Shown here: one piece after another, positions 29,796 through 38,960 of the stretch
How positions within the stretch are numbered: position 1 is the stretch's first letter
How the letters are laid out: the number at the start of each line of letters is the position of its first letter
Source: an uncultured Clostridium sp.
Lineage (GTDB): Bacteria > Bacillota > Clostridia > TANB77 > CAG-508
Direction of reading: 5' to 3'
Length of the DNA stretch: 40,000 bases
Assembly (NCBI GenBank): GCA_900556135.1
Contig: USNR01000006.1
Coordinates: 2,458 to 42,457 of the forward strand
The notes under the pieces: model-generated
Seen by the model: only the letters and a program-made list of their open reading frames with translations
Databases searched by the model: none
Told to the model about the DNA's origin: nothing
Translations under genes and position numbers: made by a program

Positions 29796-32700
29796 TTTTT
29801 TTCACCCCATTAACTTCTATAAATTTGTTAAGATATAAACTATATATTCCCACTTTATCAACTTTTCTTTTTAGAGCTTGCTCCAAAGCTTCTTTGTAGA
29901 GTTCTAATTGTTTTTCATATTTTTGAACCAGCACTGATTCTTCATTCATTTTTACAAAATCTGTTTTGTAGTCTATTAAAACTAGATTATCTTTATCATC
30001 CACAAAATATAAATCTATAATTCCTTGGACTAATATATTTTCATTCTCCCCAACATCTTCTTTATATATTTCATTTACTGGGATATTTATATAAAATGGT
30101 TGTTCCTTATGTATTTCTTTTGCTTTTCTTAATTCTTTCCACAAATCAGACTCTGTATACTTCTCTAATTTTGCAACATCTATGTTTTTTGCTTGTTTAT
30201 CAGTTATTATCTCTTTTTTTACTAACTCCTCTATCATTTCTTTTATTAAATCTTTATTGTAGTCTTTTTTCTCATTCATTTTTTGCACACACAAATGCAT
30301 TAATGTACCTTTTTCAGCTCCTGTAAGCTTAACTTCTTCAACATCATTTAAGAATCTAGGTTTAAATTCAGTATTTACTTTTCTCAAAGCTTTTTCTTCT
30401 GCTACTTCATAACTATCATCATTATCGCTATATTCATTTTTATTGTTTAAATTAGTTAATTCTTTAATTTTTGTTACAGATGTTTTGGTTGGTATTTCAT
30501 TTAGCTCTGAATATTTATACTTCCAGTTCATAATCTGTTTGATTTTATTTTTCTGTTCTTCATCAGAGTTCTTGCATACTTCATCATTAATCTTTTCTAT
30601 AATGTCAATATCTTCTGCTTTACTATCACTCGATTTTTCTTTTAATAATTCAGATTTTTTTATTATATTCAAATTTAATACTTCTTCCATTTTTTCCTTT
30701 GCATACACTAATTCTAACCAATCCAAATATGTTTTATACTTTTGAACTAAAAATGGATTTATTGTATTTTTGTCTTTTCCATATATTTCTAATGCTTTTA
30801 ATTTTTCATCTAATATTTTGTTTACATCTTTTTGCATTCCGGTTATTATTAATTTTTCTTTTGCTCTTGTTAATGCAACATATAAAACTCTCATTTCTTC
30901 TGAAATTATTTCTTGTCTTGCCATTATAGATATCGCCTTTTTAGGCAATGTTTTAAACTCTATATGTCTGATAGAATCTATGTATTGCATTCCCAATCCT
31001 AAATCTTGATGTAATAGGAGCTTATCATTTAAGTCCTGAAAATTAAAGCTTTTGCCAGTTCCTGCAATTATTACCACTGGAAATTCTAGCCCCTTACTTT
31101 TGTGTATACTCATTATTCTTACAACATTCTCATTTTCTCCAATAATTTTAGCAACGCCTGTGTCTCCATTAGACATTTTTATTTTATCTATAAATGTTAT
31201 AAAATTATACAATCCCTTAAAGCTTGCCGATTCATATTGCTTTGCTTTTTCAAATAGTAATCTTAAATTTGCAACTCTTAGCTTGCCATTTGGAAGTAAT
31301 TCCACATAATTCATATATCCTGTCTGTGTATATATCTGCCATATTAATTCATCCAAAGGCTTATATTTTTCAGCCTCTCTCCAATTTTCTACTTTTTCTA
31401 AGAAATCATTTATCTTATTTTTTAAATCTATATTTACATCTAAGTCTTTGGTTTTTAACATTTTTTCATAAAAAGATTCTTTATTTCCTGCAAAACTAAT
31501 TTCTATAAGCTCATTATCTGTAAAATTTCCTATTGCTGAACGCATTACCGTAACCAATGGTATATCTTGCATTGGATTGTCTATTATCTTTAATAGCGAC
31601 ATTATTGTTTCAACTTCTGTTGATTGAAAATATCCCTCTGAGCTATCACTATATACTGTAATTCCTAATGATGCTATTTCTTTTTCATATATTGGTGCCA
31701 TAGCATTTGCACTTCTTAAAAGTACTGCAATATCTTTAAACTCTATATTTCTTTTTCCCAATTTTTTATCTATTACCTGATACTTTTCATCTATTAATTG
31801 ACGGATTTTTCTTGCAACAAACCTTGCTTCAAGTACAATATTTTCAACTCTTTCTTCTTGCATATCGCCATCTTCTGAACCTTTCCAAATATCATCATCA
31901 TCCTCTTTTAAATCTATGATATCTAGCTCTACTGTGTAGTTTTGGTCCTCTACATTTTCGTAATTAGCTCCCAAGTTCAAATATTCACTTTCATTGTATT
32001 CTATATTGCCAAGCTTTTTGCTCATAATATTTTTAAATACCATATTTGTAACATCTAAAACATTTTGTCTACTTCTAAAATTTTTGAATAGTTGAATTTT
32101 CCTATCTTCTCCACTATCTGGTTCTAGCTTATATGTATCGTATTTTTGTAAAAACAGCTCAGGTCTAGCCTGTCTAAATTTATATATACTTTGTTTAACA
32201 TCTCCAACCATAAAAATATTATTGTTTTTAGAAACACTTGTTAATATCAATTCTTGAACCAAGTTACTATCCTGATACTCATCAATTGCAATTTCTTCAA
32301 ACTTTTCCTGATATCGTTTTGCCACATCTGTAACCTTTACACTTCCATCCTCTTCTTTTTTTACAAGTATTTTAAGTGCAAGATGTTCCATGTCGTTGAA
32401 ATCTATTATATTTCTTTCTCTCTTTTTCTTGTAAAATCTCTGGCTAAATTCTAATATTATCTCTTTCAAGCTTATAAGAATTTCATACATAAATAAAATA
32501 TCAGCTGAAGCAGACTTTGTATCATATGGTATCAAATCTTTTATTTTCTCATATTCATCTTTTACTTGATCTCTTATAACCTTTGAGTCCTTAACAAATT
32601 GCTGTAAATTTTCTTCTAATTTTCTATCTGCTGCCCAATTTTTATTCTTAAAATTTTGAATAAAAATTGCGGTCTCATCCCAATTGTTCAACTTTATCTT

Positions 32701-33484
32701 TAATTTTTTATAATTTTCTATATCATCTTTTATAACAGCTATAGATTTTTCTAGTTCAGGAAATCTATTCATGCTTTCTAAAAGATTTTCTAAATTCAAT
32801 ATACAATTATTCAAAACATTATCAGCATAATCTATTATAATTTTTCCCCATTTTGTATCAGAAAAATTTTCTATATTCTCTACATCTTTAAACATTTCAA
32901 CCTTATTATCAAGCCATTCTTCTGGAAATGGATCTGTTTGAATATAATTGTATATTTTCAATATTAAGTTTTGTAAATCTTCATCTTTATTATACTTTGT
33001 GTATGTATCTATAACCTTCAAAAACTTTTCATCATTTGCAATATATTTTTCTTCGAATATTTCTTCCAAAGTTTCTTGCTTTAATATTGCAACTTCTGTT
33101 CCATCTGCAACTCTTGCATTAGCTGATATATCTAACTCGAAAAAGTTATTCCTTATTACATCTAAGCAGAAGGAATCTATTGTACAAATACTTGCTTTGT
33201 TAAGTAAATTTATTTGACGATACATATTCTTATCATCTGGATTTTGCTCTATTTTTTTATAAATTGCTTCTAGGATTCTTTCCCTCATTTCACTAGCAGC
33301 AGCACTTGTAAAAGTAACAACCAATATTTTATCTATATCAACATTATCATCAACAATTTTTCTAATTATACGTTCAACCAAAACAGCAGTTTTTCCACTA
33401 CCGTGCAGCAGCTGCCACTAAAATATTTGAACCTTTTTTATCTATAGCATTTTGTTGTTCTGTTGTCCATTTAACTTCAGCCAT
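29782..33484 (-). pseudogene. addA: Helicase-exonuclease AddA, interrupted by a 1-nt insertion inside the Walker A motif
   Basis: The track ORF starts at MVERIIRKIV. My translation from the ATG at 33484 gives MAEVKWTTEQQNAIDKKGSNILVAAAAR*. Deleting the coding-strand C that is complementary to position 33403 restores AAAGSGKTAVLVERIIRKIV. The C-terminal RecB-type nuclease motif GIIDLYFVDDKDNLVLIDYKTD is present. Confidence 0.85.
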
Positions 33485-33626
33485 TTAATGATCCTCTTTT
33501 CCACTGTAAATTTAACTAAAGTATATATTAAAATATAAAGTTTATCAAGATATTTTATTTATATAAATATTTTACAAAATTTTGGCAATACTATTATTAG
33601 TAAAAATGAAAGGATTGTGAAAATAT

Positions 33627-34073
33627 ATGAGCAATGGAAAAGACGATAATATCAACTTAACAATTTTGAATGAAATTGGAAAAGCTGCAAAAATGGGCAT
33701 GGAATCAACCTCATGGGTCTTAGACAAAGTAGGAGATGAAAAAATGAAAGAAAATCTTACTTTTCAATACTCTGAATACGGCAAAATTTTAGACAGAGTC
33801 AATACAGAATTTGATAAATATGGCGAAGTACCAGACGAACCACCTGTAACAACTAAAATGATGGGATGGACTGGTGTAGAATTAAACACAATTGCAAACA
33901 AAAGCAATTCCCACATTGCAGAAATGATGATACAAGGTGGAGATATGGGAATAATAGAATGTCAAAAACTTTTAAACCATAACCCCAAAGCAGAACAAAC
34001 TGTAAAAGATATTTTAACAGACTTCATAACAATGCAACAAAATAACGTAGAAAAAATGAAAACCTTTTTATAG
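33627..34073 (+). CDS. Hypothetical protein, possibly a four-helix-bundle (DUF2383/ferritin-like) protein
   Basis: It is a 148-aa ORF with an all-helical-looking sequence and a central GEVPDEP loop. The resemblance to PA2169-type bundles is from memory only. Confidence 0.45.
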   Translation: MSNGKDDNINLTILNEIGKAAKMGMESTSWVLDKVGDEKMKENLTFQYSEYGKILDRVNTEFDKYGEVPDEPPVTTKMMGWTGVELNTIANKSNSHIAEMMIQGGDMGIIECQKLLNHNPKAEQTVKDILTDFITMQQNNVEKMKTFL

Positions 34074-34086
34074 AGGTTTTCATTTT
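34051..34086. terminator. Bidirectional terminator between the convergent 148-aa ORF and the LRR gene
   Basis: The stem is aaatgaaaacc/ggttttcattt, with an A-run upstream and a T-rich tract downstream. Confidence 0.7.
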
Positions 34087-34125
34087 ATTATTATTATCAC
34101 CTATATCTTTTTATAGATAATTATT

Positions 34126-35292
34126 CTATTCCTTATAATTTACTGTGATAGTGGTTTTCTTAAGATATGGACTATTCCAATCCGAATTCCATCCACTTGG
34201 TTCTTTTCCTTTTTTGAATGGTACATTTACAGTAATTTTTCCCCCCGTATCAAATGCATATTTTCCCATACTCGTTACTGAATTTGGTATTGTTATTTCT
34301 GTTAAGTTACTACAATCTCTAAAAGTATATTGTCCTATTTTGATTACAGAATCTGGTATTGTTATTTCTGTTAAATTTTTACATCCATAAAATCCATAGT
34401 CATCTATGCTTGTCACGGAGTCTGGTATCGTTATTTCTATTAAATTTTCGCACCCATGAAATGCACTATCTCCTATACTTGTCACAGAATCAGGTAACGT
34501 TATATTAGTTAAACTAATGCAACTATTAAAAGCATCATTTCCTATACTTGTTACAGAATCTGGTATTGTTATATTTGTTAAGTTTTCACACTGCATAAAA
34601 GTACAAGGAAAAATCTCATCTTGTTCCACTGGAATCTTTATATTAGTTTTCAGTTTAAAGCACCCCCAAAAAGCCCCAACCCCTATATATTTCACAGAAC
34701 TTGGTATTTCAATGTCTTCTAATTCTACTGTTCCTGTTAAAGCCCAGTCTCCTATCTCTTCAATTCCCTTAGATATTTTTATTTTTTTTGTTATGTTTTG
34801 TGCTCCTGTATGATTTGACCCTAATCCAACAGCAACAGAACAAATGCTATTGTCCCAAATAGACACTTTATCTCCTGAATATCCCATATTTCTTCCATCT
34901 GCTCCATAAATTCTTTTAACTCTAATTCCTTTGATCGAATTTGGGATAACTAACTCTGTTGCATTTCCTTTATAAGCTGTTATTGTTAATGTTCCGTCAT
35001 CTTCTGTTTTATATTCCCAATCATCTATATTTTCTGGCTCTACAATAGATGGTCCAGATATATCTTCTATCCAATCTAATGCATTATCTAGGTCAGTTTG
35101 CTCATTTTCTTTCGCCTGTCCATACTTTTCTTTGCCTTCCTCTGACTTTTTTATTATTCCATTGTTATCTAACACTAACCTTATACTTATTCCTGCTAAT
35201 ATTAATAATATAACAACAGTCACAACAAGAGCCACTAAGGTTATACCAGATTGTTTGCTTCCTTTCTTAAAAATTTTGCATTTGTTACTCAT
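34126..35292 (-). CDS. Pilin-like N-terminal anchor protein with C-terminal BspA-type leucine-rich repeats
   Basis: It has the same N-terminal module as 9159..10379 (KKGSKQSG-ITLVALVVTVVILLILAGISI). About 7 LRR_5-type repeats follow, of the form NLTEITIPDSVTSIGxxAFxxC. The start is moved to the ATG at 35292, because the MRRNFN of the track ORF is the RBS GAGGAGG read as codons. Confidence 0.8.
   Translation of the reverse strand: MSNKCKIFKKGSKQSGITLVALVVTVVILLILAGISIRLVLDNNGIIKKSEEGKEKYGQAKENEQTDLDNALDWIEDISGPSIVEPENIDDWEYKTEDDGTLTITAYKGNATELVIPNSIKGIRVKRIYGADGRNMGYSGDKVSIWDNSICSVAVGLGSNHTGAQNITKKIKISKGIEEIGDWALTGTVELEDIEIPSSVKYIGVGAFWGCFKLKTNIKIPVEQDEIFPCTFMQCENLTNITIPDSVTSIGNDAFNSCISLTNITLPDSVTSIGDSAFHGCENLIEITIPDSVTSIDDYGFYGCKNLTEITIPDSVIKIGQYTFRDCSNLTEITIPNSVTSMGKYAFDTGGKITVNVPFKKGKEPSGWNSDWNSPYLKKTTITVNYKE
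34245..34600 (-). repeat. Tandem 69-bp (23-codon) LRR repeat units inside the LRR gene
   Basis: Five consecutive, highly similar DNA units are visible, for example acagaatctggtattgttat(a/t)t(c/t)tgttaa recurring every 69 nt. Confidence 0.8.
35122..35277 (-). repeat. Copy 2 of the shared pilin-like N-terminal module (paralogous to 10206..10361)
   Basis: See copy 1. DNA similarity is visible by eye across the whole segment. Confidence 0.85.
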
Positions 35293-35339
35293 ATTAAAAT
35301 TCCTCCTCATTTTTTATTTTTATTTTTTCTTTTGTAAAA

Positions 35340-35706
35340 TACCTAACATTTCCGAATCAAGTGTTAGTATAATAATTTCAATTCGTAAAGCTCTCCCTGG
35401 GAGTCTGCATTCACACGTCTTCCGTGCGGCGTTGCTTCGATAAGACGGTCGACTTCTACTCTAGCGTATTGGCTAATAAATATGAGACACAATTAGGGAT
35501 TGAAATTTTCTCTTAACTATGAGCATATGTCTTTATCATAGTTTCAGAAGGGAAATTTCTTTTCCTAATTTGGAACATATTATTAGTCAAAATGAGCGGA
35601 CGTCCTTGTAATCAATTAAGTCTTCTACCTTCAATCACTCACTACACAAAGCTTTAGAAACAATCTCACTTTTGTATTAAGTATATTACTTAAGGATTTT
35701 GTTCAT
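35340..35706 (-). ncRNA. Candidate structured RNA or long structured 5' leader of the LRR gene (family not identified)
   Basis: A GC-rich core at 35391-35470 sits in an otherwise AT-rich intergenic region. Nested helices are visible: aactatga (35515-22) with tcatagtt (35536-43); aattagg (35491-97) with cctaatt (35564-70); cgtctt (35416-21) with aagacg (35442-47). A weak terminal hairpin ctaaca/tgttag (35343-67) is followed by AUUUU. There is no credible ORF on either strand. Confidence 0.35.
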
Positions 35707-35712
35707 ATTGGA

Positions 35713-35741
35713 AGTATATCAATAAAACATTGAAAAATCAA
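35713..35741 (-). promoter_or_regulatory. Putative promoter for the structured RNA / LRR gene transcript
   Basis: On the minus strand: TTGATT (35741-35736), a 17-nt spacer, then TATACT (35718-35713). Confidence 0.4.
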
Positions 35742-35871
35742 CATTTAATAACAAAAAGTTATAAAAATTTTTATAAGGACTTTTCCTTTTCAATAAAATT
35801 TTAGCTTTTTTCTTTACATTTTTACCCCATTATAGTACAATAGGTAAGAATTTTTTTTAAAGGAGTTTATC

Positions 35872-36441
35872 ATGGCAGGATTACCAATCGTAGTAAAATA
35901 TTTAATTGTATTTTTTGTAAGTATGGTTCCAATAGTAGAACTAAGAGGAGCAATACCAATTGCTGAAAGCTTGGGATTGAATATATTTTTATATTACCCT
36001 ATTGCAATTATAGGAAACATGTTACCTGTACCAATTATTTATTGGTTTGCAAGAAAGGTTCTTGAATGGGGTAAAGATAAAAAAATTATCGGAAAATTCT
36101 TTACTTGGTGCTTAACCAAAGGTGAAAAAGGTGGAGAAAAATTAAAAGCCTCTGCTGGAAATAGCGGAATATTCTGGGCTTTATTGTTATTTGTTGGAAT
36201 CCCATTACCTGGAACTGGAGCATGGACAGGCACTTTAGCCGCTTCATTCCTAAATCTCGATTTCAAAACAAGTATAGTTGCCATTTCATTAGGTGTTATC
36301 TTAGCAGGTATCATAATGTCTTTAGGAAGCAAAATTGTATCTACCTTTGGATGGGCAGGTGTTATTGCAGTTGTTGTAATTCTTCTTTTAATTATTGTAG
36401 CTTCAATTTTTATAAAAAAGAAAAAGAATAATTCAAAGTAA
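35872..36441 (+). CDS. Small multidrug-export-like membrane protein (COG2426 / Sm_multidrug_ex family)
   Basis: The N-terminus reads VSMVPIVELRGAIPIAESLGL, and a GIPLPGTGAWTG motif and 4-5 TM helices are present. It is preceded by TTTACA-17-TACAAT and the RBS AAAGGAG. Confidence 0.7.
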   Translation: MAGLPIVVKYLIVFFVSMVPIVELRGAIPIAESLGLNIFLYYPIAIIGNMLPVPIIYWFARKVLEWGKDKKIIGKFFTWCLTKGEKGGEKLKASAGNSGIFWALLLFVGIPLPGTGAWTGTLAASFLNLDFKTSIVAISLGVILAGIIMSLGSKIVSTFGWAGVIAVVVILLLIIVASIFIKKKKNNSK

Positions 36442-36627
36442 GAACAAAACTGAAATTTTCAATTTTCAGTCTTTGCTCTACTATTTATGCTTTATCACAA
36501 AATTGGAAATTTCAGTAAATTTGTTCTTGTGCAAAAATTTATGAAATAAATTTTCTGTACAATATATTTGATATAATAGAAAAGTCAGTATGACTTTCCT
36601 ATTATAGAACAAAACTGAAATTTTCAA
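36441..36627. repeat. Three copies of a ~22-nt element in direct / inverted / direct arrangement
   Basis: agaacaaaactgaaattttcaa occurs at 36441-36462 and identically at 36606-36627. An imperfect inverted copy, ggaaatttcagtaaatttgttct, lies at 36505-36527. Confidence 0.8.
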
Positions 36628-36670
36628 AAAAGACTTAATGCTATATCTTAGAATATAGTGTTAAGTCCTT
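36625..36670 (-). terminator. Rho-independent terminator of rnr
   Basis: On the minus strand a long stem ggacttaacactatat...atatagcattaagtc is followed by TTTTTT. Confidence 0.8.
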
Positions 36671-36687
36671 TTTATACTAAAAATATT

Positions 36688-38745
36688 CTATTCAATCGAG
36701 TTTTCTTTCTTGGTATCTATTAGCTTAAAATCAATTTTTCTTGTTAGTTTATCCGCTAAAATCACTCCTATTGTTACTTTATCTCCAATTTTAAACACTC
36801 TTTTAGTATGCTCACCTGTTAAAGTTTTTCTTTGGTCGTCATATGCAAAATATTCATTTCCCATATTTTCAAAACGAATTAATCCTTCCACAGTATTATC
36901 TAATTCAACAAACATACCAAAAGGTGTTATACTAGATACTATTCCTGTATATACTTCTCCTATTTTATCTTGCATATATTCTGCTTTCTTAATATCTTCG
37001 CTATCTCTTTCTACCTTTTGAGCAACCTTTTCTCTTTCTGATGAACTATCTGCATAATTAGCAGAATCCTCTTCATATTTTTCCTTTAAAGTTTCTTTTA
37101 TATTATAATTACTTTCTATATAGGAAGATATTACTCTGTGAATAAATAAATCTGGATATCTTCTTATAGGAGATGTAAAGTGACAATAACATTTACTTGC
37201 GATTCCAAAATGACCTTTGTTTTCTTTTTCATATCTTGCCACTTTTAGTGTTCTTAATATCAAATTAGAAACAACTTTTTCTTCTGGCTTTCCTTTAACT
37301 TTGTCTAAAACTTGTGCAAATGCTTTTGGATGAACACTCTCCTCATCATCTTTTTTTATTCCTCTGATTTTATATCCAAGATTAAACAAAAACTTATTTA
37401 AATCATCTATCTTCTCCATATCGGGAACTTCATGTACTCTATAAATAAATGGAGCTTGTAACCAATAAAATTTTTCTGCAACAGATTCATTTGCTGTTAG
37501 CATAAATTGTTCTATAATTTCATTTGCCTCTGTGTATTCATACTTCTTAATATCAACAGCTACTCCGTTTTCATCTAATATTATTTTGCTTTCTGGAATA
37601 TCTAAATTCAAACTTCCATTTCTATCTCTTCTTTCTTTTAAGATATCTTTAAGTTCTCTCATTCTTAAGAAATGTGAAACATATTCTTTATATTTTTCAT
37701 ATATTGCTTTATCTTCCTTATCAGCTTCGATTTTTCTTGCCTTACAATCTTCATATCTTAAAATAGCAGAAACATCATGATAGTTCATTCTTCTAGTTAC
37801 ATTTATTACTGTCTTTTTTATATCTGAACTAATCACTTTTCCCTTTTCATTTATTGTCATAATTGCACTTAATGCAAATCTATCTTTCCCTTCGTTCAAA
37901 CTACAAATTCCATTAGACAATTCTTTTGGAAGCATTGGAATAACTCTATCCATTAAATATATGCTAGTTCCTCTTGTAATAGCCTCTTTATCAAGTTTCG
38001 AACCCGCTTTTACATAATTGCTAACATCCGCAATGTGTACGCTTAAATTGTAAGTTCCATCTTCATTTTTTGTAACAGCTACTGCATCATCTAGGTCCTT
38101 TGCATCTTCTCCATCTATTGTAAAAACTTCATCTGAACGCAAATCTAACCTATTTTTTATTTGTGCCTTATCTATCTCTTGTGGAATTTTTCTTGCTTCT
38201 TCAATTACATTACCAGGAAATTCATATGGTAATTTATATTCTTTAACCAAAGATAATATATCGACACCTGCAGCATCATACTTGCCTATAATCTCTACAA
38301 TTTTGCCTTCGGCCTTATTTTTTCCTTCTGGATACTTTGTAATTTTAACTACAACTTTTTGATTATTCTTAGCTCCTCCAAAATTCTTTTTTGATATATA
38401 AATATCATTGCTAAATTTCTTATCATCTGGAATTACAAATCCAAAATTTTTGCTTTTTTTAAATATTCCAACTAATGAGTCTCTTTCATGATTTATTATA
38501 TATACAACTTTTCCTTCTTTTCTTAAGTTTTCTACATCAGAGCCTTTGGTACGGATATCATCATAGATTTTTATTAATACTTTATCACCATTTAAAGCAT
38601 TTAGAGTTTGTTTAGATGAAATATATATTTCTTCCTCTTGTCCTTCCACACTAACAAATCCAAAACCTTTTTCATTTCTTCTAAAGGTTCCAGCTATATA
38701 ATCGGGATTATCTAAAAAATTTATGTTTTTCTTTTTTCTGCTCAT
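36688..38745 (-). CDS. rnr: Ribonuclease R
   Basis: It has an N-terminal cold-shock/OB region, the RNB catalytic motif IDGEDAKDLDDAV, and a C-terminal S1 domain (GEVYTGIVSSITPFGMFVEL). Confidence 0.92.
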   Translation of the reverse strand: MSRKKKNINFLDNPDYIAGTFRRNEKGFGFVSVEGQEEEIYISSKQTLNALNGDKVLIKIYDDIRTKGSDVENLRKEGKVVYIINHERDSLVGIFKKSKNFGFVIPDDKKFSNDIYISKKNFGGAKNNQKVVVKITKYPEGKNKAEGKIVEIIGKYDAAGVDILSLVKEYKLPYEFPGNVIEEARKIPQEIDKAQIKNRLDLRSDEVFTIDGEDAKDLDDAVAVTKNEDGTYNLSVHIADVSNYVKAGSKLDKEAITRGTSIYLMDRVIPMLPKELSNGICSLNEGKDRFALSAIMTINEKGKVISSDIKKTVINVTRRMNYHDVSAILRYEDCKARKIEADKEDKAIYEKYKEYVSHFLRMRELKDILKERRDRNGSLNLDIPESKIILDENGVAVDIKKYEYTEANEIIEQFMLTANESVAEKFYWLQAPFIYRVHEVPDMEKIDDLNKFLFNLGYKIRGIKKDDEESVHPKAFAQVLDKVKGKPEEKVVSNLILRTLKVARYEKENKGHFGIASKCYCHFTSPIRRYPDLFIHRVISSYIESNYNIKETLKEKYEEDSANYADSSSEREKVAQKVERDSEDIKKAEYMQDKIGEVYTGIVSSITPFGMFVELDNTVEGLIRFENMGNEYFAYDDQRKTLTGEHTKRVFKIGDKVTIGVILADKLTRKIDFKLIDTKKENSIE

Positions 38746-38925
38746 ATTTCTATCCTTCTTTTTTACATATTTTCTAATATATTTTTTTAATATTATTCTC
38801 TTTTTATTTTTGTATTTTAATTCATTTTTATTATTATTTTTTTACTATTATAATATTTTTAAGTTTTTTTTATCTTTTCTTTTATGTCTATCAACTACTA
38901 AAATTTTATCACCATATTTAAGCTT

Positions 38926-38960
38926 TCAAAAAAAGCGACAGAGAAAATCTGCCGCCACAC
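38926..38960 (-). terminator. Rho-independent terminator of secG
   Basis: On the minus strand gcggcaga-ttttc-tctgtcgc (one G-U pair) is followed by TTTTTTT. Confidence 0.7.

Noticed and set aside
35293-35310. Longer start for the LRR gene (MRRNFNMSNK...), and likewise the track starts at 2955 (tyrS), 13164 (rpsP), 14648 (ffh), 21991 (permease) and 39292 (secG).
   Set aside because: In each case an internal ATG is preceded at proper spacing by a strong Shine-Dalgarno sequence and matches the conserved N-terminus. In the LRR gene the extra codons are the SD (GAGGAGG) itself.
35340-35741. Identification of the structured segment as tmRNA (expected after rnr/smpB), RNase P RNA, SRP RNA, 5S rRNA, a tRNA, or a T-box, SAM-I, c-di-GMP-I, ykkC or glmS element.
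   Set aside because: There is no GGGG...TTCGAC 5' end, no T-arm/CCA 3' end, and no alanine-ending tag ORF. The invariant RNase P GGAAAGTCC is absent; only GGACGTCC is present. The SRP GGAAGCAGC is absent. 5S-like words (CACGGAAG, AGAGTAG) occur in the wrong order. No T-box AGGGTGGNACCGCG is present, and the riboswitch cores do not match. It is kept as an unassigned candidate.
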